DNA of 32,000 nucleotides from Candidatus Saccharimonadota bacterium (GTDB lineage: Archaea; Nanobdellota; Nanobdellia; Pacearchaeales; GW2011-AR1). The position numbers and the translations under genes are program-made. The notes under the pieces were generated by a model. It saw only the letters and a list, made by a program, of their open reading frames with translations. It did no database searches and was not told where the DNA came from. Shown piece by piece: positions 5,156 through 13,987 of the stretch; within the stretch, counting starts at the first letter, position 1, and each line of letters opens with the position of its first letter. Where the stretch lies: the NCBI GenBank assembly GCA_017609205.1, contig JAFCEL010000001.1, positions 180,001-212,000 of the forward strand, given 5' to 3'.

Positions 5156-7522
5156 TCAAACTCTCCTATTTTTATCTCCATTAACTCGATACAACCTCTC
5201 CTCAATCTCCATCACCATTTTCTTATAACCCAACTTCCCTCCAAAGAGTTTCATAATTTCAAGAGGTCTTCCAAATCTTCTCAAAGGTTCAACTCTTAAT
5301 ACTTCAGCATCTTCGAGATTTTCTATTCCTTCATCTGCGTATTTGTCTAAAAGAGCACTTATTACTTGTCTTGCTTTTTCTCCATATTTATCAAAGTAAG
5401 AATCTTTTTTTACTTTTTTTGCTCTTTCACTTCTTGTTTTTGGTTTTTTTCCATATGCAATATGCAAAATAAGGTCAAAAGGATCATACTCTTTTCCATT
5501 AGGAATTGTCTCTCTTAATGCATCAAAGTTAATCCCTTTTTGATATAGCTCTTCAATTAAAACTCTTTTTTGATCAAATATATTCCATTTCTCAATAAAA
5601 TCATTTAAAGTTCTATAATCTTTTTTTATCCCTTTTTTAGTGTAATCAATAAGTTTTTCTGTGATTAATTTCCCTGAAGGATCAAGATATTGTTCTGATT
5701 GGTTAATAACCGAAACATCTGCTTCTTTAACATAAAACTTTCTTGGTTTTTCCTCCTCATCATAAATATTAATATCTTGCTTTTTCATTAATTCAAGAAC
5801 TTCTTTTTCTTCAATCTCTTCTGGTTTTATTTCTTCATCTTGTTTAAAAGTTTTTAACTGGACAGGCTCTCCATCAAAATCAGGGTCTGCAAAATGGTTT
5901 GTAACATTTCTAAAGTCCATAATTGTAAAAAAGAATTTATTGTAATCCGGATTTATCCTTGTCCCTCTTCCAATTATTTGTTTAAATTCTGTCATAGAAT
6001 TAATAGGAGAATCCAAAACAATTAATTTACAGGTTTGAGCATCTATACCTGTAGTCATTAGTTTTGAAGTGGTTGCTATAACAGGGTATTTCATTGAAGG
6101 ATCCATAAAATTACCTAATTGGTTTTTTCCTATTTTATCATCTCCTGTTATTCTCATAACATATTTTTTATTTTTAGAATATAAATCAGAATTTTCATTA
6201 ATTAAGGCTCTTTTCATTCTCTCAGCATGCTCCACATCAACACAAAAAACAATTGTCTTGCTCATCCTATCTGTATTTTTCAAATATTCAGTTATCTTCT
6301 TTGCGACAATCTTTGTTCTTTCATCAATAACAAGAGTTCTATCAAATTCTCTATTAGTATAAACATAATCAGGAATTTCATTTCCATATTTGTCTTTTTC
6401 TCCTTTACTTGGTCTGTATCCATGAACATCTTTGTTAATTGCAACTTTGATAACACGATAAGGTGCAAGAAATCCGTCCTCGATTCCTTGTTTTAATGAG
6501 TAAGTATAAATGGGCTTCCCAAAATAATCTATGTTTGAGATATCATTAGTTTCTTTTGGAGTTGCAGTCATACCAATCTGAACAGCATCAGAGAAATATT
6601 CTAAAACTCTTCTCCATGCAGAATTAGCTCTTGCACTTCCTCTATGACACTCGTCAACAATAATCAAGTCAAAAAAGTTTCTGGAAAATTGTTTAAAAAT
6701 ATCTTTTTCTTCTTCATTTCCAGAAATCCCCTGATAGAGTGCCATATATACTTCATAAGACTTATCAGCTTTTCTATTTTTTATTTTGGTCATCACCTTC
6801 TTTAGAGGTTTAAGATCTTTATTCATTGGATCATCTACTAAAATATTTCTATCTGCAAGATACAAAATCCGTGGGTTACTTCTTTTTGGTTTCCATTTAT
6901 TTCTTAATCTCCACATGATTTGGAAAGCAGTGTAAGTTTTTCCTGTTCCTGTTGCCATAACTAACAGAATTCTCCTTTGTCCTTTGGCAATCGCTTCAAT
7001 GACTCTATTTATTGCAATAGTTTGATAATATCTTGGCTCTTTCCAATCTGCTTCAAAATAATAATCAGTCGTTATTAAATCTTCTATCTTTTCTGTTATC
7101 CCCTTGTATTTTTTATATCTCTCCCATAAATCTTGAGGAGAAGGAAATTGTTCCAGTGTTAATTCTTCATTTTTTCCTGAGATTAAATCCTGAAAAATAA
7201 AACCATCACCATTTGAACTAAATGCAAAAGGTATATCTAAAATTTCAGCATAATCTACTGCTTGCTGCAATCCATCCCCCAACGCATGTTTATTATCTTT
7301 TGCTTCAACAACTGCAATAGGTAAATTATTTTTGTAATAAAGAATATAATCTGCTTTTTTAGGAATTCCTCTTTTTATTATTTTTCCATAAACATAAATT
7401 CTCCCATCTGTAAAGTATTTTTCCTCGCGAATTTGCTTATCTCTATCCCATCCTGATTTTTCAAGACTAGGAAGGATAAATTTAGTCCGAATATCTGCTT
7501 CAGTTAGTTGTTTTTTATTCAT
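5156..7522 (-). CDS. hsdR: type I restriction enzyme R subunit HsdR (EcoEI_R_C-type C-terminus)
   Basis: N-terminal PD-(D/E)xK nuclease (ADYILYY...IAVVEAKD). SF2 helicase motifs are present (MATGTGKT, VDECHRG, MTATP, QIIGRGTR). The C-terminal domain is typical of EcoEI-type R subunits (FDLILHIAYG...EPLRRFGRPLEIMKLFGG). Confidence 0.92.
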   Translation of the reverse strand: MNKKQLTEADIRTKFILPSLEKSGWDRDKQIREEKYFTDGRIYVYGKIIKRGIPKKADYILYYKNNLPIAVVEAKDNKHALGDGLQQAVDYAEILDIPFAFSSNGDGFIFQDLISGKNEELTLEQFPSPQDLWERYKKYKGITEKIEDLITTDYYFEADWKEPRYYQTIAINRVIEAIAKGQRRILLVMATGTGKTYTAFQIMWRLRNKWKPKRSNPRILYLADRNILVDDPMNKDLKPLKKVMTKIKNRKADKSYEVYMALYQGISGNEEEKDIFKQFSRNFFDLIIVDECHRGSARANSAWRRVLEYFSDAVQIGMTATPKETNDISNIDYFGKPIYTYSLKQGIEDGFLAPYRVIKVAINKDVHGYRPSKGEKDKYGNEIPDYVYTNREFDRTLVIDERTKIVAKKITEYLKNTDRMSKTIVFCVDVEHAERMKRALINENSDLYSKNKKYVMRITGDDKIGKNQLGNFMDPSMKYPVIATTSKLMTTGIDAQTCKLIVLDSPINSMTEFKQIIGRGTRINPDYNKFFFTIMDFRNVTNHFADPDFDGEPVQLKTFKQDEEIKPEEIEEKEVLELMKKQDINIYDEEEKPRKFYVKEADVSVINQSEQYLDPSGKLITEKLIDYTKKGIKKDYRTLNDFIEKWNIFDQKRVLIEELYQKGINFDALRETIPNGKEYDPFDLILHIAYGKKPKTRSERAKKVKKDSYFDKYGEKARQVISALLDKYADEGIENLEDAEVLRVEPLRRFGRPLEIMKLFGGKLGYKKMVMEIEERLYRVNGDKNRRV

Positions 7523-7539
7523 ATTTTTATCAAGGAATC

Positions 7540-8871
7540 TTATTTTAAAGCCTTTTCCTCTCTCATAACCCTCTTCTCCCTATCCCCTCCCAACCCCTCA
7601 ATCCCCCTCGCTATTCTTAACATCAATTCGTCTTGAAATCTGTCACAAGCAATCTGCATTCCAATAGGAATTCCCTTGATTTCTCCTATAGGGATTGATA
7701 TTGCACAATTGCCGACGATATTTATCGGACAAGTCAAGGCATCATATTGAAACATTTCCTCTGAGGAAATTTTATCCCCTATTTTATGGGGAAACTTTGG
7801 AACTGTCGGTGAAACAATGCAGTCAAACTTTTTGAAAACTTTTTCAAACTCTTTCTGCAATAATGTTCTAACTTTCAATGCCTGATTATAATGTCTTCCT
7901 TTATACTCTGCTTTTGTTATCTCACTTCCACCTAAGATTCTTCTCAAGACTTCTGGTCCACAGACATCTTCAATTTTTTTTCCATATTTACGTCCGTCAA
8001 ATCTTCTTGTCGAAGAAAAAAACTCAACATACACAATAGGGTAGTATGTAGCAATAGCTAAGTCAAGATAAGGAATTTTAACTTTCTCAATTTTCCATTT
8101 ATACTTCTTCTTTGCCTCATCAATTATTTTATCAATAATATCCTGAATTCTCTTGTCTTTTACAGGGAAATCAAGTAAACCTATTTTTATCTTTTTAGGA
8201 GGTTCTTCTATTTTCTTCAAATCAATTATCTTGCTCTCTTGTGAAATAGCATCACAATCGTCTTTTCCCTGAATAACACTTAATAGCAAAGCAGCATCAG
8301 AAACATTTTTTGCAATCGGACCAATTTGATCAAAACTCATACACATATCAATCAGACCATAACGCGAAACAGTTGAATAAGTTGGCTTAACGCCTACAAC
8401 ACCACAATGCGACGACGGAACTCTTATACTCCCCCCTGTATCAGAACCCAAAGCCATATCACAAAATCCAGCAGCAACTGCAGCAGCAGAGCCAGAACTT
8501 GAACCTCCAGAAACTAAATCAATCTTAACTGGATTTCTTGTGGGGCCAAATGCAGATGTTTCACCACTCCAACCACATGCAAATTCATCCATATTAGTCA
8601 TTCCAATAATAATCCCTCCTTCGTCCTTAATCCTTTTGATAACACTTGCATCATAAGGAGACTGGTAGTTTTCTAAGGTCTTTGATGCGCAAGAGCAGTT
8701 CAATCCCTTAACATTAATATTAGATTTAACAGCAATAATCTTTCCAGTTAGTTTACCTTTTTTAGTATTTTCAACTGGTTTAACTTGCAGAAAAGCATTT
8801 ATTTTTTTACCTTTTTTGTCATTCTTCTCAATCTCTTGTAGATATTTCTTCAGATTCTGTTTTGTGTCCAT
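7540..8871 (-). CDS. gatA: Asp-tRNA(Asn)/Glu-tRNA(Gln) amidotransferase subunit A
   Basis: Amidase signature GGSSSGSAAAVAAG and SDTGGSIRVPSSHCGVVGVKPTYS. ATG 8871 (MDTKQNL...) lies 1 nt after the stop of the upstream ORF; the track ORF extends to 8907. Confidence 0.9.
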   Translation of the reverse strand: MDTKQNLKKYLQEIEKNDKKGKKINAFLQVKPVENTKKGKLTGKIIAVKSNINVKGLNCSCASKTLENYQSPYDASVIKRIKDEGGIIIGMTNMDEFACGWSGETSAFGPTRNPVKIDLVSGGSSSGSAAAVAAGFCDMALGSDTGGSIRVPSSHCGVVGVKPTYSTVSRYGLIDMCMSFDQIGPIAKNVSDAALLLSVIQGKDDCDAISQESKIIDLKKIEEPPKKIKIGLLDFPVKDKRIQDIIDKIIDEAKKKYKWKIEKVKIPYLDLAIATYYPIVYVEFFSSTRRFDGRKYGKKIEDVCGPEVLRRILGGSEITKAEYKGRHYNQALKVRTLLQKEFEKVFKKFDCIVSPTVPKFPHKIGDKISSEEMFQYDALTCPINIVGNCAISIPIGEIKGIPIGMQIACDRFQDELMLRIARGIEGLGGDREKRVMREEKALK

Positions 8872-8872
8872 A

Positions 8873-9079
8873 TTAAAGTGAATTAAAAAATTTTTCACAT
8901 TCATCAATGATAAGAGGATTGTTTCTGCTTAATTTTTCAAGACCCCTATAAACCTCATCAAAATCTACCTTAAAATTTCCAATAGGAGTTACTCCCTTAA
9001 AGATGAGATAACTTCTTACAACTAAGGGAAGTTCTTGAAAAATCTCCTCTGGAGTTGAATAGTCATTTAATTGTTTCAT
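8873..9079 (-). CDS. hypothetical protein (68 aa) between the Nudix gene and gatA
   Basis: An ORF coupled on both sides (4-nt overlap upstream, 1-nt spacer downstream). No recognisable motif. Confidence 0.4.
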   Translation of the reverse strand: MKQLNDYSTPEEIFQELPLVVRSYLIFKGVTPIGNFKVDFDEVYRGLEKLSRNNPLIIDECEKFFNSL

Positions 9080-9480
9080 TGAAACTCCTTTTCTACTAAT
9101 GCCTTAACATTAGGAGAAACATTTTCTTTTTTTATTTCCTTTACAGAAACCCATTTCAAATCTTGCTCAGGAGGTATTGGTTTAATCTCCCCAGGATTTT
9201 TTAATTCTGCAAGATAATTTATAAGAATAATGGTCATCTTCTCTTTTGTCTGGGGATTTTCATAAAGTATATTCGGCGACAGAGGTCTGATTATTTCAAT
9301 CTCAGCACCACATGCTTCTTTCGCTCTTCTTTTACAGGCTTCTTCTAAACTTTCTCCTTCTTTCACAGTTCCTCCAATAAACTTATAAAAATCATCCTTG
9401 CTATCTTTAGAAACTAAGATTTTTCCATCTCTAAAAATTACAGGTCCAGACACTACAATAAATTTACCCTCGCTTACCAT
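9076..9480 (-). CDS. Nudix-fold protein with degenerate Nudix box
   Basis: GTVKEGESLEEACKRRAKEACGA aligns to G-x5-E-x7-R-E-U-x-E-E-x-G-U, but reads RRAKEA where REUxEE is expected. Confidence 0.7.
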   Translation of the reverse strand: MVSEGKFIVVSGPVIFRDGKILVSKDSKDDFYKFIGGTVKEGESLEEACKRRAKEACGAEIEIIRPLSPNILYENPQTKEKMTIILINYLAELKNPGEIKPIPPEQDLKWVSVKEIKKENVSPNVKALVEKEFQ

Positions 9481-9749
9481 TTCTTAACCTCAGCAATTAT
9501 AAAATCTTCATTTTTTTCAGGAGCATTCTCAAACATAATTTTCCTATCAAAATTATTGCAATGTTTTTTACCTTCATCTCTCTGACACTCTTTGTTTTCC
9601 TCACTTTTCTTTTCAATTAAGGACTTATTTATTTTATTAATTTTTGAAAGTTTTTCTGAAAAGGTATCTAAAATCTTTTTTGCATCTTCTCTAATTTTCT
9701 GCTTTTCTTTCTCATTTACTTTATGCCATAAAAATTCCATTATATTCAA
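9474..9749 (-). CDS. gatC: amidotransferase subunit C (GatC-like)
   Basis: 91 aa. EKEKQKIREDAKKILDTFSEKLSKIN and QRDEGKKHCNNFDRKIMFENAPEKNEDFIIAEV match the GatC pattern (..ReDe......l.NAP....g.f.vp.v). It lies between aspS and gatA. Confidence 0.6.
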   Translation of the reverse strand: MNIMEFLWHKVNEKEKQKIREDAKKILDTFSEKLSKINKINKSLIEKKSEENKECQRDEGKKHCNNFDRKIMFENAPEKNEDFIIAEVKKW

Positions 9750-9786
9750 TAGAAGAATAAGTTTATAAGATTATTTGTAAAAAATA

Positions 9787-11082
9787 TTAAGGAACTAATC
9801 TATCGCGGTCACGAGGGAATAAACATGCTTCTCTAATATTTGGTAGATCTAAAATCAACATAGTCAATCTCTCTAAACCAACTCCCCAACCAGCATGAGG
9901 AGGAGCCCCATATCTAAAACTATCAATATAACTTTTGAAATCTTTTGGTTTCAAGCCTTTTTCTTTCAAACGTTTTTCTAATAGTTCTGGAATATGAATT
10001 CTTTGTCCTCCAGAACTTATTTCCATTCCCTTGTAAATTGCATCAAAACCTCTTGATAATTTCTCTCCCTTAGGCATAATGTAAAAAGGCTTTCCAGAAA
10101 TAGGCCAATCATGAACAAAAACAATAGTATCAGGAAAAAGCTCACCTAATTTTTTTTCTGCTTCGCCTGATAAATCATCTTTTCCCATTGGAATTTTTGA
10201 TTTCTTCATTATATCAGAAACTTCTGCAAAAGTCAAATATTTTGTTTTAGGGACTTTTAATTTAACCCCTAATGACTCTAAATCTTCTTTATTTTCTTCT
10301 AATATTTTCTTGATAATATACTTAACACATCTTGCTAATACATCCATAACTACAAATTCATCAGCAAATGCCTGTTCATAATCTAATTGCCGGGATTCAT
10401 TCAAATGACGGATTGTGTTGTGCTTTTCTGCTCTCCACACAGTAAATAATGCAAAAACTTTCTCCATAGAGCAAGCAAGCATTTGTTTATATAACTGGCA
10501 ACTTTGTGATAAATAGGCTTTTTTTTCAAAATATTTGGCTTCAAAAAGTTCTGTTCCTCCTTCAGAACTTGAACTAATTATCGAAGGAAATGCACATTCA
10601 ACCGCACCTTCCTTAATCATAAATTCCCTAAACCCTTGAATTATTGTCGACTGTATTCTAAAAATTGCCTGTATCCTTCTTCTATGCAAATCAAGAAATC
10701 TATAATCAAGTCTTTTTGGAAGTTCTGTCTTTGAGAAATCCAAAACATCAATAGGCAGTTCATCTGCAGTAGCTAAAACTTCAATCTCATTGGGAATAAT
10801 TTCCTTGCCACCAGGAGCCTGCTTGGATTCCACAACTTCTCCTCTAACATAAATCACAGATTCCCGAGAAATCTTATCCATAATTTCAAAAACTTTCCCA
10901 GGAACTTTTGTCTTTAATCCAGTAATCTGTACAATACCTGAAATATCCCTTAACAAAAGAAACCTTATTTTTCCTAATGATCTTGTCTGATGAACCCACC
11001 CCACAATCTCAACATTCTTCTTATTCTTGCTAAAAATGTCTTTAATTAAAAGTCTGTTCTTAGTAAGTTTCTGTAAATCCAT
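9787..11082 (-). CDS. aspS: aspartyl-tRNA synthetase, archaeal type (class IIb)
   Basis: N-terminal OB anticodon-binding domain (VGWVHQTRSLGKIRFLLLRD). Class II motifs are present: FRAEKHNTIRHLNE, GGQRIH, PPHAGWGVGLERL. At 431 aa it has the archaeal length. Confidence 0.92.
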   Translation of the reverse strand: MDLQKLTKNRLLIKDIFSKNKKNVEIVGWVHQTRSLGKIRFLLLRDISGIVQITGLKTKVPGKVFEIMDKISRESVIYVRGEVVESKQAPGGKEIIPNEIEVLATADELPIDVLDFSKTELPKRLDYRFLDLHRRRIQAIFRIQSTIIQGFREFMIKEGAVECAFPSIISSSSEGGTELFEAKYFEKKAYLSQSCQLYKQMLACSMEKVFALFTVWRAEKHNTIRHLNESRQLDYEQAFADEFVVMDVLARCVKYIIKKILEENKEDLESLGVKLKVPKTKYLTFAEVSDIMKKSKIPMGKDDLSGEAEKKLGELFPDTIVFVHDWPISGKPFYIMPKGEKLSRGFDAIYKGMEISSGGQRIHIPELLEKRLKEKGLKPKDFKSYIDSFRYGAPPHAGWGVGLERLTMLILDLPNIREACLFPRDRDRLVP

Positions 11083-11118
11083 GAATAAAAAGAAAAATAT
11101 TCTTTATTAATTTGTTGG

Positions 11119-11493
11119 TTATTTTTTGTTCTTTTTAATAGCTTTTTTAATTGTATCTCTGACTTTTTCCTCAATTTCTTTTTCTGCCCTTACACTCTTT
11201 TTTATTTCGCGGACTTTCTGACCAACATGTTTCTTGAAAATTGCGCTACTGATTAGAGATAATACATAAAGTGCGGTTGCAACCCCGAAAAATGCGAAAA
11301 ACATTGTAAAAATTTTCCCTATTATTGTCTTCGGAACTAAATCCCCGTATCCAATAGTCGTTACAGTTATAACAACAAAATAAAAAGAATCCAAAATACT
11401 CCAACCTTCAACAGTATGATAAGCAAATGCCCCCCCAATAATTCCTAAGATAAATATCATTAAGATTAATGTAAGATTACCTCTTATTTCCAT
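11119..11493 (-). CDS. minimal two-TM potassium channel
   Basis: Selectivity filter TVTTIGYGD lies between two TM helices. There is a short charged C-terminal tail and no RCK domain. Confidence 0.8.
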   Translation of the reverse strand: MEIRGNLTLILMIFILGIIGGAFAYHTVEGWSILDSFYFVVITVTTIGYGDLVPKTIIGKIFTMFFAFFGVATALYVLSLISSAIFKKHVGQKVREIKKSVRAEKEIEEKVRDTIKKAIKKNKK

Positions 11494-11524
11494 AAAAGAC
11501 CTAAGAAAAATTATTTTATAAGTT

Positions 11525-12970
11525 TTAAGGTTTCTTTAATTTTTTAATTATTTCATTTGCGGTTTTACCGTCGATTTTACCATGAAACTCTTTCATTACT
11601 AAACCCATATATGCCTTTTCAGAAAGCCCTGGTTTATTCTTCAGAAGATTTATAATGAAACTTTCTACATCCTCTAAATCGACTTTTTCGAATTTAACTG
11701 CTTCTTCCAGATCAATACCGCTAACAATTTTTTCCAAAACATCCTTAACTTGTGATTCTGAAATTTTCCCTTCTTTAAGTTTTTCTAAAACAAAAATCAG
11801 AACATCAGAATTCAAAATTTCATTAATTTTTTTTGAAGATAAGTTTCTATGGCTTGCAATTTCCCTAGGGTAAATTAATAATATCTTTGCAATAAGTTGG
11901 GGGTTATTCATAACAACAGATAATTCTTTGAATTCCTCTAATTTATTTTGCTTAAATAATAATTTAATCATCTCAGGATTTAATCCTTTTTGTTTCAATT
12001 CACTTTCTATACTTGATTTTAATGCAGGAAGAGTTTTTTTTGCCTCATTGATAAAATTTCTGGAAATCTTAAGTAAGGGTAAATCTGTTTCAGGATACAT
12101 TCGTGCAGAACCAGGCAAAGGCCTCATAAATTCTGTAGTTCCATTAGGCAAAGCATTTCGCACTTCCATTTTAGTTGGCTTTCCTTCATCAGACAATTTT
12201 TTCTGCCTCTCAATTTCGTTTTTAATAACATCAAGAAAGATTCTCATATCCTGCATTCCTTTAATTTCTACCCGATTTTCGCCTCTGATAGACACATTAA
12301 CATCCTGTCTAATTGTGCCAATTCCTCGTCGGACTTTGCAACTTCTCAGAATTTCTCCAATCTTAAGAGCAACCATCTTTGCCTGCTCAGGAGTTTTTAT
12401 ATCTGGCGCAGTTACTATCTCCACAAGAGGAATTCCTAATCTATCTAAGCGATATATTATTTTCTCTTTTGATTTCTCAATAATTCTCGCAGCATCTTCT
12501 TCCAGATATAAAGAATCGATCCTAACTTTACCACTTTGTGTCTCAATAAAACCATCTCTAGCAATAAGAACTGTTCTTTGAAAACCAGACGTATTAGAGC
12601 CATTAATAACAACTTTTCTCATTATTTGTGTAATAGGAACAATCTTCATATTCATTAAAAGAGCTATTTGGATTGCAATTTTCAGTGCTTCATTATTTAT
12701 ATTGTGGGGTGGTTCTTCATCCAACTCAACAAGACAAGTTGTATCATATCCCTGGTAGATGAACTTCTTATTTTTCTCAGTCTCATATTTAGCAGCCACA
12801 TCAATCTCTCCTGACTCTCCTGCAACAGCATGCAACTTTCTCTCAACCTCAAAATCAGGCTCATCCCTTCTCAACACCGACGGGCATCTACAAAAAAGTT
12901 TGCTAGTATCTAACTGCTGATGAATTTCCAAACCTGCTTTGAATTTAAGTTTAGAGTAATCTTCTGACAT
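11525..12970 (-). CDS. gatB: Asp-tRNA(Asn)/Glu-tRNA(Gln) amidotransferase subunit B
   Basis: GLEIHQQL, YLEEDA and TIRQDVNVS motifs, plus a C-terminal YqeY-like tail (YMGLVMKEFHGKIDGKTANEII). At 481 aa it fits GatB rather than GatE. Confidence 0.9.
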   Translation of the reverse strand: MSEDYSKLKFKAGLEIHQQLDTSKLFCRCPSVLRRDEPDFEVERKLHAVAGESGEIDVAAKYETEKNKKFIYQGYDTTCLVELDEEPPHNINNEALKIAIQIALLMNMKIVPITQIMRKVVINGSNTSGFQRTVLIARDGFIETQSGKVRIDSLYLEEDAARIIEKSKEKIIYRLDRLGIPLVEIVTAPDIKTPEQAKMVALKIGEILRSCKVRRGIGTIRQDVNVSIRGENRVEIKGMQDMRIFLDVIKNEIERQKKLSDEGKPTKMEVRNALPNGTTEFMRPLPGSARMYPETDLPLLKISRNFINEAKKTLPALKSSIESELKQKGLNPEMIKLLFKQNKLEEFKELSVVMNNPQLIAKILLIYPREIASHRNLSSKKINEILNSDVLIFVLEKLKEGKISESQVKDVLEKIVSGIDLEEAVKFEKVDLEDVESFIINLLKNKPGLSEKAYMGLVMKEFHGKIDGKTANEIIKKLKKP

Positions 12971-13014
12971 TAAAGAATAAAAGAAAAAGGGTTTAATAAA
13001 TTATTTAATAGAAA

Positions 13015-13473
13015 TCATTCTTTTTCGAAATTGTCATAGTCAATTCTGTAAGGGCTAACATTATCTCTTGCACCAACATGACGTTCATAAACCCCGCCAT
13101 GTCTCCAATTAATCCATTCAGGAGGCCATAAAAGTTTTTGCTTGTAAATATCCAATTGCATGCTTCCATTAGGCGATCTCGGGTAGGATTGTACTGCATA
13201 AGACTCAAACGATCTAAAAAGAGCGAGTTGTCTTTTATTATAACGAGATTTTAAAAAACTCACGATATCAATAGGGCACTTTTCTCCTGCATTCCTCCTT
13301 TTTCTCATCTTCTTTTTTCTTGCTTTTGCCTTATTCTCGCAATCCTCCAAAAAGAGAGTTATATCTCTCTGCATTCTCCTTAACTCCTTGATTTCCAAAT
13401 CAGAAAAACGAGATTTTCCGCTTTCTGCTTCCTTTCTCATTCGTTCATCAATTTGTTTCCAGGTATTACCCAT
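13015..13473 (-). CDS. hypothetical protein with basic N-terminal half and Trp/Pro-rich C-terminal half
   Basis: 152-aa ORF containing KAKARKKKMRKRRNAGEK and LLWPPEWINWRHGGVYERHVGARD. It appears somewhat more GC-rich than its neighbours. No family recognised. Confidence 0.45.
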   Translation of the reverse strand: MGNTWKQIDERMRKEAESGKSRFSDLEIKELRRMQRDITLFLEDCENKAKARKKKMRKRRNAGEKCPIDIVSFLKSRYNKRQLALFRSFESYAVQSYPRSPNGSMQLDIYKQKLLWPPEWINWRHGGVYERHVGARDNVSPYRIDYDNFEKE

Positions 13474-13588
13474 AGCATAGTTTCATTTTAATGATATTTA
13501 AACCTTTCTATTCTCACTCCTTTAGAGTTACGACACTTTCTGCTCAATCACTAATAAGATTTATAATCCCTTTTTTATATTAACAATC

Positions 13589-13987
13589 ATGGAAAAGAGT
13601 GAGAAAAAAATTAAACATCGTCAAAATCCTCCTCCATTATTCAAAATCTCAAGAACATTCGGACAAAAAGCAGCAGACTCTTTAACAAAGTGGGCAGGTA
13701 GTTGGACATTTATACTAATGTTCGGGGTTTTTTTAGTTCTCTGGATGATAATCAATGGCTACTTGATGATTCAATATAAACTCGGAGAACCATGGGATCC
13801 TTACCCATTTATCTTATTAAATCTTGTATTATCTTGTCTTGCTGCAATTCAGGCTCCCATAATCTTAATGAGTCAGAACAGACAAGCAGAAAAGGATAGA
13901 CTGAAAGCAGAATATGATTATGCTGTTAATAGAAAAGCAGAAAAAGAAATTAGAGAGATAAAGAATCTATTACTGAGGAGAAAATAA
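13589..13987 (+). CDS. DUF1003 family membrane protein
   Basis: GSWTFILMFGVFLVLWMIING....DPYPFILLNLVLSCLAAIQAPIILMSQNRQAEKDR matches the DUF1003 pattern. Confidence 0.75.
   Translation: MEKSEKKIKHRQNPPPLFKISRTFGQKAADSLTKWAGSWTFILMFGVFLVLWMIINGYLMIQYKLGEPWDPYPFILLNLVLSCLAAIQAPIILMSQNRQAEKDRLKAEYDYAVNRKAEKEIREIKNLLLRRK

Noticed and set aside
6069-6496. Two plus-strand ORFs (97 and 89 aa)
   Set aside because: They lie antisense within hsdR and have low-complexity hydrophobic composition.
1-7522. CRISPR array or cas genes accompanying the Csa3-like regulator
   Set aside because: No regularly spaced 25-40-nt repeats and no Cas-like ORFs were seen here or elsewhere in the window.
8872-8907. N-terminal 12-codon extension of gatA (MMNVKNFLIHFN)
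   Set aside because: It would overlap the upstream ORF by 35 nt. ATG 8871 follows that ORF's stop by 1 nt and gives a normal GatA N-terminus.
11655-12581. Plus-strand ORFs of 72 and 217 aa
   Set aside because: They lie antisense within gatB and are shadow ORFs.
13005-13208. 67-aa minus-strand ORF
   Set aside because: It is an alternative frame inside the longer 152-aa ORF on the same strand.
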